The translations under genes were made by a program, and so were the position numbers. Shown here one piece after another: positions 53,690 through 62,726 of a stretch of DNA of 62,965 nucleotides. The notes under the pieces are model-generated. The model worked only from the letters and a program-made list of their open reading frames with translations, had not been told where the DNA came from and searched no databases. The DNA is taken from NCBI GenBank assembly GCA_049472215.1, contig JBLIRH010000007.1, positions 1-62,965 of the forward strand, given 5' to 3'. The first letter of the stretch is position 1. Every line of letters begins with the position of its first letter. Origin of the DNA: Thermoplasmatota archaeon. Lineage in GTDB: Archaea; Thermoplasmatota; Penumbrarchaeia; Penumbrarchaeales; Penumbrarchaeaceae.

Positions 53690-54802
53690 TTGGATTATCT
53701 GATCGCTGGAGGTAACGGGTTCATCGGTTCAAATCTGATATCGCATATCCTGTCAAGGGAATCCGATGCCAACATCATCAACCTGGACCTTTCACGAAAG
53801 GATGCGATGGAGGATTACATGTCGATCTCTGCCTTCCAGGGCAGGTACACTTTCAAAGAAGGGGACGTCTGTGAGCTGGCCTCCTACGAGCATTACCTGA
53901 AGGTCTCTGACGTCGTTATCAACTGCGCCAGCGATAACGACAGGTCCCACTTCTCGGAGAGGTTGGAACGGTCCGTCAGGACCAACATCCTCGGCGCAAG
54001 GGTCCTTGCCGACGCTTGCGTCAGGAACAATGTCCCCCTTCTGCACGTTTCGACGGATGAGGTATACGGCTCATGTCCGTTCACGGTCCAGAGAAGGGAA
54101 GAGAACTCGCCGCTGGACCCGACGAATCCCTATGCCACCACCATGGCTGCCGGTGAGCGGCTGGTATCCCTGGCCGGGAGGAGGGGCGGGGTCCCCATCG
54201 CGATCGTGAGACCGTGCGAGATAATCGGTCCGAACCAGGGAATGACCCATATCGTTCCAAGGACGATAAAGATGATCAAGGACGGAAGACCTCCATGGAT
54301 ACCGGGGAAGATTGGCGAGAGATACCGTGACTGGCTTCATGTTCTCGATCTCTGCTCCGCAATGGAGCTCATCGTCCGGTCCATCACAGGCAAGTTCTCC
54401 CCGACGGTCTCGGAGGACGCCCATTCGGAGCACAATCCACCCGGCAAGACCGTCATTTCGGGAACCAGTGTCGCAACGGCTCCTCCAGCCTCCCCCCATA
54501 AAAAGCACAAACAGATAGTCAGCGGGGTCACCTATATCAACATCACATCGGAGATGAGGTACACCCTGAACAACATCGTGGAGATGATCATATCGCTCAT
54601 GGGATCGGAACTCCCTGTCCAGGAGAGGCTTGAGGAGGGCTACCTGGACCTTGGCTACAACGCATCGGGTAGGAAGCTGAACTACCAGGGATGGCAGGCG
54701 AAATTCACCGATATCAAGGAAGGGCTCAGGTCCACCATCGAATGGTACGAGGAGCATCCAGAGGTCATAGAATCGATCCCCTCCGGGCGTCTGAGACCAT
54801 GA
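53690..54802 (+). CDS. extended SDR, NAD-dependent epimerase/dehydratase (dTDP-glucose 4,6-dehydratase-like) with atypical YxxxM
   Basis: TTG 53690 lies 6 nt after AGGAGG. GGNGFIGSNL Rossmann motif and HVSTDEVYG. PYATTM (54131..54145) stands where YxxxK is expected. A low-complexity insertion (...SVATAPPASPHKKHKQ...) is present. Confidence 0.8.
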   Translation: MDYLIAGGNGFIGSNLISHILSRESDANIINLDLSRKDAMEDYMSISAFQGRYTFKEGDVCELASYEHYLKVSDVVINCASDNDRSHFSERLERSVRTNILGARVLADACVRNNVPLLHVSTDEVYGSCPFTVQRREENSPLDPTNPYATTMAAGERLVSLAGRRGGVPIAIVRPCEIIGPNQGMTHIVPRTIKMIKDGRPPWIPGKIGERYRDWLHVLDLCSAMELIVRSITGKFSPTVSEDAHSEHNPPGKTVISGTSVATAPPASPHKKHKQIVSGVTYINITSEMRYTLNNIVEMIISLMGSELPVQERLEEGYLDLGYNASGRKLNYQGWQAKFTDIKEGLRSTIEWYEEHPEVIESIPSGRLRP

Positions 54803-54928
54803 TCCCTTCTATAAAGATATTTATCGGATGAACATCATTCAACTCCCGGTCATCCCCCGACGAGATCATTTGATTGTTAGTGTATTGAGATATGAAAAAG
54901 AGTTTGAATTGATTTCGGAGTTGCAAAC

Positions 54929-55486
54929 ATGAAGAGAGAATCGGTCTGTATTTTTATCGATGGAGATTATTTTGACGGGATCCTGCGCAACGAGTTCGAT
55001 TCCCAAAGGGTGGATTTCTACACGTTTTCCCAGCTTGTCGTACCGGAGGACATGCAGAGGTTCAGGACCTATTATTACAAGTCCGTACCCTTCATCGGGC
55101 CGGATTCCTCCCCGGATGAAAAGGCCAGGAACGAGGGTGTGGAGAAGTTCTTGCAGTCGCTGAGGCATCTTCCCAGGTTCAAGGTCAGGACAGGGGAACT
55201 GACCAAGACCCAGGACGGCCAGTACAAGAGAAAGGGTGTTAACGTATCGATGGCGATAGACGTCACGAGGCTATGCAGCGAAAGGATCGTGGACCAGATC
55301 TTCATGGTCTGTTCCGATCCCGACCTTCTCCCCCTGATAAAGGCCGCAAGGGATATGGGAACGATAGTTCGGCTGTATCACGGGGACAACATTCCCGAAA
55401 GGATGCTTGCGGAATCCGATGAGGCGGTCAGGATAGACGATGACCTCATCAGGAGAACTCTCAGGGACAACAACTGGTCGGATTGA
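54929..55486 (+). CDS. NYN-domain (LabA/DUF88-like) putative ribonuclease
   Basis: CIFIDGDYF, KGVNVSMAIDV, and VCSDPDLLPLI match the NYN acidic-residue motifs. An A+T-rich upstream region has TATAAAGATATTTA. Confidence 0.8.
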   Translation: MKRESVCIFIDGDYFDGILRNEFDSQRVDFYTFSQLVVPEDMQRFRTYYYKSVPFIGPDSSPDEKARNEGVEKFLQSLRHLPRFKVRTGELTKTQDGQYKRKGVNVSMAIDVTRLCSERIVDQIFMVCSDPDLLPLIKAARDMGTIVRLYHGDNIPERMLAESDEAVRIDDDLIRRTLRDNNWSD

Positions 55487-55517
55487 TCAGGGTGACCGCC
55501 AGGAGGAGATCGAGGAA

Positions 55518-56033
55518 ATGATGCCGCTGGGACATCTCGGTATCCCTTTGGTCCCTTTCCTTCTCAGGAAGGAACCGGATTGGGACATTCGCCTTCTTGC
55601 TCTGGGGGCATTCCTACCGGACCTTATAGATAAACCCCTTGGACACCTGATACTCCCGGAGAACAACGGCAGGATCTTCGCTCATACGGTATTGTTCGCG
55701 GTTGTTGTGATCGCAGCAGCGCTGGCCTACAGACCTCTGATGCCGATGTCCCTAGGCATATCGGTCCATCTTCTCGTCGACGGGATGTTCCTCGATCCGC
55801 ATGGAGCCTTCTGGCCGTTGTTCGGAGCATTCGAGTCCACGGATTACGAGCTCATCATGTGGCTGCATGCTTTCTCCGACCCGTTCACATTGGTCGAGGA
55901 GCTGTTCGGCCTCTCGGTGGTAGCTTTCATAATATGGAAGTACGGACTTTTACACAGGAGAAGGCTGCTGAAGTTCCTGAGGACGGGCAGGCTCCGGCCT
56001 ATCAGGAAGAAAGGATCGACGGGGAGAAGATAG
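55518..56033 (+). CDS. membrane-bound metal-dependent hydrolase (YdjM/DUF457-like)
   Basis: MMPLGHLGI..., FLPDLIDKPLGH, FAHT, and about 4 TM helices. ATG 55518 is preceded by AGGAGG. Confidence 0.7.
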   Translation: MMPLGHLGIPLVPFLLRKEPDWDIRLLALGAFLPDLIDKPLGHLILPENNGRIFAHTVLFAVVVIAAALAYRPLMPMSLGISVHLLVDGMFLDPHGAFWPLFGAFESTDYELIMWLHAFSDPFTLVEELFGLSVVAFIIWKYGLLHRRRLLKFLRTGRLRPIRKKGSTGRR

Positions 56034-56146
56034 CAGAAGGTTCTCACAGATCGCTCTGACAGCCTTTGTTATCTTCTGGATGCGGGGTCGTTAGAACACG
56101 GGTCCAGCTGGGTCCGGGCCCTGGATCCCTTCGTATGATAAACAAT

Positions 56147-56155
56147 TTATATAAT
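56147..56155 (+). promoter_or_regulatory. TATA box (TTTATATAA) for tRNA-His
   Basis: An archaeal TATA-like element whose 3' end lies about 30 nt upstream of the tRNA 5' end. Confidence 0.45.
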
Positions 56156-56185
56156 ACGGATATGAAGTAAGGTCTTCCCAACAAT

Positions 56186-56259
56186 GGCCGGGATGGTGTA
56201 GCCTGGTAGCATCGGGGACTGTGGATCCCCTCGCCCGAGTTCAAATCTCGGTCCCGGCC
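56186..56259 (+). tRNA. tRNA-His (anticodon GTG) with genomically encoded G-1
   Basis: Manual cloverleaf. G-1 is followed by acceptor GCCGGGA/TCCCGGC. D arm is GTGT/GCAT with an AGCCTGGTA loop. Anticodon stem is GGGGA/TCCCC with loop CTGTGGA. Variable loop is 4 nt. T arm is CCGAG-TTCAAAT-CTCGG. Discriminator is C. No CCA is encoded. Confidence 0.9.
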
Positions 56260-56294
56260 CTCTTCTAAAAAAAAATGGACAAAGAGGATCGAAA

Positions 56295-57170
56295 ATGGCG
56301 GAAAAAGAGGAGGCACCCCAGGTTCAGAACCCCCTGCAGAGTTGCCAGGGCCCTTCGGGTTTCATATTCGTCATTTCCTTCGCATTCCTTTTCCTGATCA
56401 TGTTCGATCGGAACCTCGGGAACCAGATATCAGACATAGTGGGGATAGTCCTCTATCCGGTCATCGGTTTCGGAGGAAGGTTCCCGCTGCTGACGATGTT
56501 CGGGGCCGGCATTTTGACGATCTCCATATCGACCGGGATAAGGCACTTCACCATGGACTGGATAGACCTGGCCAAAAAGCAGAGGCTGATGAACGAGTAC
56601 AACAAGGCGGTCAGGGCGGCAACCAAGGCCGGGAACCAATCCCTTGTGGAAAGGCTCCAGTCCGAGAACCAGGAGATAATGGGGATGCAGTCCTCCATGA
56701 TGATGCAGCAGATGAAGGCATCGATAATATCCATGGTCATCGCCATACTGATCTTCAGGTGGCTTTATTCATTCATATGGTCGGTGCCGCAGCCGACGGT
56801 GACAGTTCCGTGGGACATGCAGTGGCCCTTGACAGGAACCGCTTTGAGCTCTCTCTGCGGCTCGATCTGCATGAACCCCAACGGCTCGGGGATCCCCTAC
56901 TGGATCTTCGTCTACATCCCGATAACCGTCCCCATCGGGCAGGCCATGATGAGGGGATTGAAGTACTTCGAGTTCTCGAGCAAGCTGAAGAAGCAGGGGC
57001 ACGAGGTCTTCGGACCTGTCAAGAAGTCGGAGGAGGAGGAGGAGCCCGTGGAGGAGAAGGGAGCGGGGAAGAAGGGAAAGAGGAAGCCGCGTATGGCAGA
57101 GGAGCCTCCAGTGGAGAAAAGACCACGGGACCGGAAAAGGAAGAAACGTTCCGGCAAGAAGGATAAATAG
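56295..57170 (+). CDS. DUF106 / EMC3-TMCO1-like (archaeal YidC/Oxa1-superfamily) membrane insertase with K/E-rich tail
   Basis: TM1, then a coiled-coil (DLAKKQRLMNEYNKAVRAATKAGNQSLVERLQSENQEIMGMQSSMMMQQMK), then TM helices, then a basic C-terminal tail, as in Mj0480-like proteins. Confidence 0.8.
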   Translation: MAEKEEAPQVQNPLQSCQGPSGFIFVISFAFLFLIMFDRNLGNQISDIVGIVLYPVIGFGGRFPLLTMFGAGILTISISTGIRHFTMDWIDLAKKQRLMNEYNKAVRAATKAGNQSLVERLQSENQEIMGMQSSMMMQQMKASIISMVIAILIFRWLYSFIWSVPQPTVTVPWDMQWPLTGTALSSLCGSICMNPNGSGIPYWIFVYIPITVPIGQAMMRGLKYFEFSSKLKKQGHEVFGPVKKSEEEEEPVEEKGAGKKGKRKPRMAEEPPVEKRPRDRKRKKRSGKKDK

Positions 57171-57208
57171 TGCGACCTGTTACCCTTTTTTCACTAGGTT
57201 GTGATCTC

Positions 57209-58141
57209 ATGGCAGATGGAGAAGCGCTGAGGTTGATCCAGGTGGGAAAGGTCAAGGAAGTCTACGAAATAGAGGGGACCAACGAGCTCGAGTTCAAGTT
57301 CACGGACAAGATATCCGTCTTCGACAAGGTGATCCCTTCCATGATCCCGCGAAAGGGGGAGAGCCTGTGCAGGACCTCCGCCTTCTGGTTCGAAAGGTCT
57401 GCCGATCTGGGGGTCAACTCCCATTTCATCAAATTGACCGGGCCCGGCTCAATGAGGGTCAGGAGGGTCAAGGTCGAAAGGGACCTCAGCAGGATCGATA
57501 CGAACTCCACCTCGATATTGATACCGCTCGAGTTCATAGCCCGGTATTATGTCGCAGGTTCGCTTCTGGACAGGATGAAGAAGGGAAAAGTCACTAATGA
57601 GGAGGTCGGGTTCCCCCATGATCATACCCCGAAATACGGGGAGCCGCTTCCGGAGCCTCTGTTCGAAGCAACGACGAAACTTGAAGCCGTGGACAGACCA
57701 GTGACCAACGAGGAGGCGAGGGAGCTCGCCCGGCTGACCAGGAACGAGTGGGACGAGATATACGAGAGCGTCATGAAGGTTGACGGCCTGATAGACGGGC
57801 AGGCCAAGGCAAGAGGGCTGATACATGTCGACGGCAAGAAGGAGTTCGGGTTCGACGAGGACCGGAGGCTCATGCTGGTGGACACCTTCGGGACCGCGGA
57901 CGAGGACAGGTTCTGGGACGTGGAGCAGTACGGGAACGGAAAATTGGTGGAGCTCTCAAAGGAAGTTGTGAGGCAGTACTATCGGGTTTCGGGCTATCAC
58001 GAGATGCTCATGAAAGCACGGGAAGCTGGTATCGAAAAGGACCATGAGCCTCCAATCCCTGCCCTCCCCGAGAGCGAGGTCGCGAAGGTCTCCGAATTGT
58101 ACAGGGAGATGTACGAGAGACTGACCGGGAAGTCGTTCTGA
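57209..58141 (+). CDS. purC: phosphoribosylaminoimidazole-succinocarboxamide (SAICAR) synthase
   Basis: LIQVGKVKEVYE, FKFTDKISVFD, LIPLEFIARYY, and HVDGKKEFG motifs. Start ATG 57209. Confidence 0.92.
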   Translation: MADGEALRLIQVGKVKEVYEIEGTNELEFKFTDKISVFDKVIPSMIPRKGESLCRTSAFWFERSADLGVNSHFIKLTGPGSMRVRRVKVERDLSRIDTNSTSILIPLEFIARYYVAGSLLDRMKKGKVTNEEVGFPHDHTPKYGEPLPEPLFEATTKLEAVDRPVTNEEARELARLTRNEWDEIYESVMKVDGLIDGQAKARGLIHVDGKKEFGFDEDRRLMLVDTFGTADEDRFWDVEQYGNGKLVELSKEVVRQYYRVSGYHEMLMKAREAGIEKDHEPPIPALPESEVAKVSELYREMYERLTGKSF

Positions 58142-58144
58142 GCT

Positions 58145-59308
58145 TCAGCCTAGTGTGTCGAGAAGCCTGTCGTAGAGCTGTCTCCTGGCAGTGTCCAGGA
58201 GTATGTCCTTGGCGGTGTTTATCTTCCTCATCTCCATCCCGATGGTCACAGCATAGGATGGCCCCATCTGAACGTTCCTGTCCGGATGATATAGGAGGGC
58301 CTTCTCCCTGTAGGCTTTCTTGATATCCAGAACGGATGCGGTTCTCGGGACCTTCAGTATCTCGTACAACGTCTGACCTTCTATGTAGAGATCCTCGTAA
58401 GAGAGGACGATCTCCTCCTCTTCCTCCACCGTGAACTTCTCCCCGGTGTCGATCCTTGCATTTCTCATTGCCTCAGCAGCTTCCGCTCTTTTGAGGACCT
58501 CCTCGAACTTCATCACACGGCCCGTAACGGGTGCTTTGCGTTTCGGGGGTTCTTTTTCAGGGGGTCGTGTGGGGATCCCCTTGAAGAGGTCCGTTTCCGG
58601 TACGGTCTCTTTTGACGGGGCCTCATTAAGATCGAAGGAAAGTCCCTTGGACCTGCCGGATGCGAGCTCTCTTTCCGGCTGCGGCCAGGGCTTCTTTTCG
58701 GGAATGATCTCGACCGGGCCCTTTCCTTGGCCTTCCAAAGGCTGCATTCTTGATCGAAGTCTTCTCACCTTCAGGAACGAGAGAAGTATTGCTGCTTCGA
58801 GGGATAGAAGATACCCTCCAAGGATCACAAGCAGGAGAGTGGCGTCGACCTGCGGGGCAAGGGAATTCATGATCATATACAATGAAGTGATCAGTATTCC
58901 CGTGAAGACTATGGCTGCCAATCCCGGAACCAATCCTCCGATCCTCATGTAGGGTAGAACCAGCGAGACCAAAAGGGTTCCAATACCAAGAGAGATGAAG
59001 ATAGTGCTGATAAATCCAGCTTGGAGGAAGATACTGAGCAGGAGGATGGGTGAGAGCAGCAAAAGGACGACCGATGCAATGGAGGTCTTTTTGTTCCGGG
59101 CCTCATTTCCTCCTCGTATGAAGGAAACGAAACCCCAAATGAACAGGACCAGACCAGCAATGCCGGTGGTCAGTGCTATGAAGGCGAAGATGAAGCCGAA
59201 CGGGGATTCTGCAAAGAAAATGGTGGGATATGAGACAGCGAACGTGGACAGCCAGAGGACCTGCACAAGGAAATGGCACTTTATCCCCCTGATGGTCCTT
59301 TCGTACAT
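58145..59308 (-). CDS. polytopic membrane protein with C-terminal J domain (paralog 1)
   Basis: About 6 TM helices, a charged linker, then LYEILKVPRTASVLDIKKAYREKALLYHPDRN (HPD motif). The start is set at MYERT by homology to the paralog; an alternative ATG lies at 59335. Confidence 0.8.
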   Translation of the reverse strand: MYERTIRGIKCHFLVQVLWLSTFAVSYPTIFFAESPFGFIFAFIALTTGIAGLVLFIWGFVSFIRGGNEARNKKTSIASVVLLLLSPILLLSIFLQAGFISTIFISLGIGTLLVSLVLPYMRIGGLVPGLAAIVFTGILITSLYMIMNSLAPQVDATLLLVILGGYLLSLEAAILLSFLKVRRLRSRMQPLEGQGKGPVEIIPEKKPWPQPERELASGRSKGLSFDLNEAPSKETVPETDLFKGIPTRPPEKEPPKRKAPVTGRVMKFEEVLKRAEAAEAMRNARIDTGEKFTVEEEEEIVLSYEDLYIEGQTLYEILKVPRTASVLDIKKAYREKALLYHPDRNVQMGPSYAVTIGMEMRKINTAKDILLDTARRQLYDRLLDTLG

Positions 59309-59408
59309 TTTAGCCCTCTTCCAACATGTAACCATAGGGGTTTGTGGTTATAAATTGATATTTCATCTTGGATAATTGGAAGGATATACGGAGATCCAGA
59401 ATGGAATA

Positions 59409-60635
59409 TCATCCCAGAGTATCGAGAAGCCTGTCGTAGAGCTGTCTCTTGCCTGAGTCAAGCAGTATGTCCTTGGCGGTGTTTATCTTCCTCATCTCCA
59501 TCCCGATGGTCTCGGAGTATAAGGGCCCCATCTGCACGTTCCTGTCGGGATGGTACAGTAGGGCCTTTTTGCGATAAGCCTTCTTGATGTCCATTGCGGA
59601 TGCGGTGCGGGGCACCTTCAGTATCTCGTAGAGGGTCTGTCCCTCGATGTAGAGGTCCTCGTACGAGAGGTCGATCTCCTCCTCTTCCTCCACAGTGAAC
59701 TTCTCATCCGTGTCGGTCCTTGCCTTCTTCCTTTGCTCCGCCGCCTCCACCCGCTTCAGGACCTCCTCGAACTTCAGGACGCGGCCGGTGACGGGTCCTT
59801 TGCGTTTCGGGGGCTCTCTTTCAGGGGGTGGCTTTGTGGGGGCCCCCCTGAACTGGTCAGTCTCCGGAGCCTTCTCCTTGGCCGATCCGGAGAACTCGTA
59901 CTCGAGGACCTTGAAGGCAGGGGCCGGTCCTTCTTCGGTCCTTTGGGTCTCCCTGACGTCGAAGGATATCCTCTCGGACCTTCCCGAGGCAAGCTCCTTT
60001 TCGGGTCTTGGCATCACCTTTTCCCTCGGCCCGAGCTCTATGTCCCCCCTTCCCTCCCCTTCGATGAGCTCGACCTCCGCCTGGAGGTTCTTTATCTTGA
60101 GATAGGAGACCAGTATAGAAAATTCAAGGAAAAGGAAATATGCGCCTAGAAGACCCAGGAAGATCGGCATGTTCAGGCTCTCGCTGTTGGTCAGAACGGT
60201 GACAAGGGTGTAGATCAGAAGCACCGTATGGCAGACCACGGCGATGGCTCCCGGTATGGCGCCTCCGAGCTTCCAGTACGGGAGGACCAGTGATGTGAAA
60301 AGCATCCAAATACCGATGTGGATGATTATGTAGTTCATCGGCGGGATGTTGAAAACTCCCCCCAGGACAACAAAGGGCGCCAGGATGAGAAGCAGAAGTG
60401 ATGTCACGACGTAGGATGTGTTCCTGACCTCCTTGCCCCCCAGGACGAGCTGTATCGTCCCGAGAATGAAGAACACTAGACCGACGACTGCCAGCGAGAA
60501 GATCAAAAATGCCAGTACGAAGCCGAAGAAGGACTCCATGATGAAGAACATGCCGAAGGTCACGACGAGGGCAGCCACCCACATGTTCAATGCGTATAGC
60601 TGGTACCTCACCCCCTTGGCTGACCGCTCGTACAT
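59409..60635 (-). CDS. polytopic membrane protein with C-terminal J domain (paralog 2)
   Basis: Same architecture as paralog 1: LYEILKVPRTASAMDIKKAYRKKALLYHPDRN. Confidence 0.8.
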   Translation of the reverse strand: MYERSAKGVRYQLYALNMWVAALVVTFGMFFIMESFFGFVLAFLIFSLAVVGLVFFILGTIQLVLGGKEVRNTSYVVTSLLLLILAPFVVLGGVFNIPPMNYIIIHIGIWMLFTSLVLPYWKLGGAIPGAIAVVCHTVLLIYTLVTVLTNSESLNMPIFLGLLGAYFLFLEFSILVSYLKIKNLQAEVELIEGEGRGDIELGPREKVMPRPEKELASGRSERISFDVRETQRTEEGPAPAFKVLEYEFSGSAKEKAPETDQFRGAPTKPPPEREPPKRKGPVTGRVLKFEEVLKRVEAAEQRKKARTDTDEKFTVEEEEEIDLSYEDLYIEGQTLYEILKVPRTASAMDIKKAYRKKALLYHPDRNVQMGPLYSETIGMEMRKINTAKDILLDSGKRQLYDRLLDTLG

Positions 60636-60695
60636 CTTTTGCTCTCTCCCTGGTCATATTCGGATGGCAGACGGATTATTTAGGAATATGTTTCC

Positions 60696-61565
60696 TCAGC
60701 TGGATGAGACCAGCGTCAGGGTGAAGATCAGGGTCTCCCCTCCGAGCTGATGTGCGTCGGGATCCGTTCCGTATGCAAGCTCCGGCGGGACCCTTATCGT
60801 CTTCGTCTCCCCCGATGACCCTAGTCCCCCGAGGCCGGGTTTCTTCATCCCTAAGAGCCCCATGTAAAAACCGGTGATGTATCCGAGCTGCTGGGCGGGG
60901 CCGACGTACCTCTCCCCTGCAGTGGCGGGAAGGGTACCGGCATCCAATTGGGTCCCTTCAAGGTCGTGCAGGACGTATTCGACGACGACCTTGTCCCCCT
61001 TGCTCGTGACGGACCCCCTGGTACCTTCCTCGGCTTCCAGTCGGATCGAGGCGTTGACGGAGATCGGGATATCTTTTACTGCTGCGGTTATTGTGAGAGG
61101 CTCGCCTGAGGACCCCGAGAACCTGATGACGACCGGGACCATTTCCCCGGGCGAAAGCTGGAGCGAGGTCGATTCCGGGGACCCCCATTCACCCTCGACC
61201 TCGAGTGTGATGGTCTCGTCGACGAAACCCGTGTTGTTCACGAGTAGGACGCCGTAATCGGTGGATGCGGATAAGAGAACTTTCCAGGTCCCGTCGGATT
61301 CGGTATCATCCAGATAGGAAAGGCCGACGCCGTGATCGGGGGCGTCCGGGGCGCGGTCGGAATTGTCCCCGATGCCGTCGCCGTCGGAATCCGCCCATTC
61401 GGTCGGGTCATCCGGGAACAGGTCCTCGCTGTCGGGGACACCGTCGCCATCGCGGTCAGGTTTCTTGTCATCTCCAAGACAGCCCGCAAGAGCCCCCCCG
61501 ATGAGGATAATGAGCAGAAGAATGTTGAGGCTCTTCGTTCCGAACTTATCAAGGCCGGGCTCCAT
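60696..61565 (-). CDS. lipoprotein-like envelope protein: TSP3-type Asp repeats, beta-sandwich, and C-terminal FKBP-type peptidyl-prolyl isomerase
   Basis: LIGGALAGC lipobox-like cysteine. DRDGDGVPDSED and DSDGDGIGDNSD. The C-terminus is FKBP-like (GDKVVVEYVLHDLEGTQLD...GFYMGLLGMKKPG...PPELAYG...LIFTLTLV). Confidence 0.75.
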   Translation of the reverse strand: MEPGLDKFGTKSLNILLLIILIGGALAGCLGDDKKPDRDGDGVPDSEDLFPDDPTEWADSDGDGIGDNSDRAPDAPDHGVGLSYLDDTESDGTWKVLLSASTDYGVLLVNNTGFVDETITLEVEGEWGSPESTSLQLSPGEMVPVVIRFSGSSGEPLTITAAVKDIPISVNASIRLEAEEGTRGSVTSKGDKVVVEYVLHDLEGTQLDAGTLPATAGERYVGPAQQLGYITGFYMGLLGMKKPGLGGLGSSGETKTIRVPPELAYGTDPDAHQLGGETLIFTLTLVSSS

Positions 61566-61646
61566 CGGTCTGGATATGCACCTCTTCCTAGAAAAAATCA
61601 GTGGACCGTCGATGGTATTAAGGGGCTGTTCGGTCTCTGACGTCCG

Positions 61647-62270
61647 ATGGACCAGAGGACCGCATGGGAGCGGTGGTACCGCAGCAATCCGACCATCTGG
61701 AAGGGGTCGCTTTTACCCTTGCCGAAGTTGAAGAAGGGGGCAAGGGTGTTGGACGTCGGATGCGGTACGGGGAACACCATGCTCCAGGCCCTGGAGATGG
61801 GATATGAAGTGGTGGGGATCGATATTTCATCAACTGCTGTTTCAAGGGCCAGGGAGAGAATATCAGCGAGAGGTTTCACCGCTGAGGTTGCCGAGGGGGA
61901 CCTGTTTCTTTTAACGGGGGAGCTCGGGACCTTCGACTGCATCCTGCTTCACCATGTCCTTGACAACATGCTGACGGAGGAAAGGAAGAGAGCGGTGGAG
62001 GTTTGCCGGGGTCTCCTCCGGGAAGAGGGGATCATTTCGTTCCAGGACCTCTCTGTTAATGATGTCCGTTTCGGGGCGGGGGAGAAGATCGAGGAGAACA
62101 CTTTCCTCAAAGGGGACGGTCTCTTCATCCATTTCTTTTCAACGGGGGAGGTCAGGGGGCTGTTCGAGGGGATGGAAGAGCTGTCGCTCGAGGAAGTGGA
62201 TTGGGTGCAGGGGAAAGGTCCCGGAAAGATCAGGCGGAGCAGGATCTCGGGCGTCTTTCAGCCTTTGTGA
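61647..62270 (+). CDS. class I SAM-dependent methyltransferase
   Basis: Motif I VLDVGCGTGN and post-I VVGIDIS. Confidence 0.85.
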   Translation: MDQRTAWERWYRSNPTIWKGSLLPLPKLKKGARVLDVGCGTGNTMLQALEMGYEVVGIDISSTAVSRARERISARGFTAEVAEGDLFLLTGELGTFDCILLHHVLDNMLTEERKRAVEVCRGLLREEGIISFQDLSVNDVRFGAGEKIEENTFLKGDGLFIHFFSTGEVRGLFEGMEELSLEEVDWVQGKGPGKIRRSRISGVFQPL

Positions 62271-62671
62271 GGAACGACCCTCGGGAGAACTTCGGGGGCT
62301 TCAACCGGTCTCAGCGTCTTTGAATCGACGAAGACCCCCCATTGGGAGGACCTTGCACAAACGGTTCCGTCCTCCTTGATGAACTCCGACCGGACGGCCC
62401 ATTTGACCCCGTGGAGCTCCTCCACCCACATCCTTCCCTTTACCTTCTCCAGAAGGAGAACGGGCCTTTTGAAATCGATCTCGATGTGTGCAAGAACGGG
62501 AACGGCCCCCGCTTCCCAGAGCTCTTTGATGGTGGCGTATCTGTCGATGAGCATAGTCCTCATGTCCTCGAGCCAACGTGGATAGACCTGGTTCGACATC
62601 ACTCCGGCGAAGTCGATGTCATAGGTGTTGGCGCGGAATTCCATCTCGATAAGCGTCTCGTTCGGTTCCAT
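62258..62671 (-). CDS. hotdog-fold acyl-CoA thioesterase (4HBT/YbgC-like)
   Basis: 137 aa. FRANTYDIDFAGVMSNQVYPRWLEDMR matches the 4HBT N-terminal catalytic region (Asp in YDID). Confidence 0.85.
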   Translation of the reverse strand: MEPNETLIEMEFRANTYDIDFAGVMSNQVYPRWLEDMRTMLIDRYATIKELWEAGAVPVLAHIEIDFKRPVLLLEKVKGRMWVEELHGVKWAVRSEFIKEDGTVCARSSQWGVFVDSKTLRPVEAPEVLPRVVPHKG

Positions 62672-62726
62672 AGGGGGGCCCCCTGGTCGTTCGGATGAAA
62701 GCGGTAGATGTAAAAAAGGTTTTAGA

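Larger units (their letters stand above)
58145..60635 (-). repeat. tandem gene duplication (two J-domain membrane genes) with long identical nucleotide tracts in the 3' halves
   Basis: A 48-nt identical run occurs at 58200..58247 and 59464..59511. A 27-nt identical run tcgagaagcctgtcgtagagctgtctc lies near both stops. Confidence 0.85.

Noticed and set aside
56044-56316. 90-aa minus-strand ORF overlapping the tRNA-His gene.
   Set aside because: It covers a well-folding tRNA cloverleaf, and its product is compositionally odd. It is spurious.
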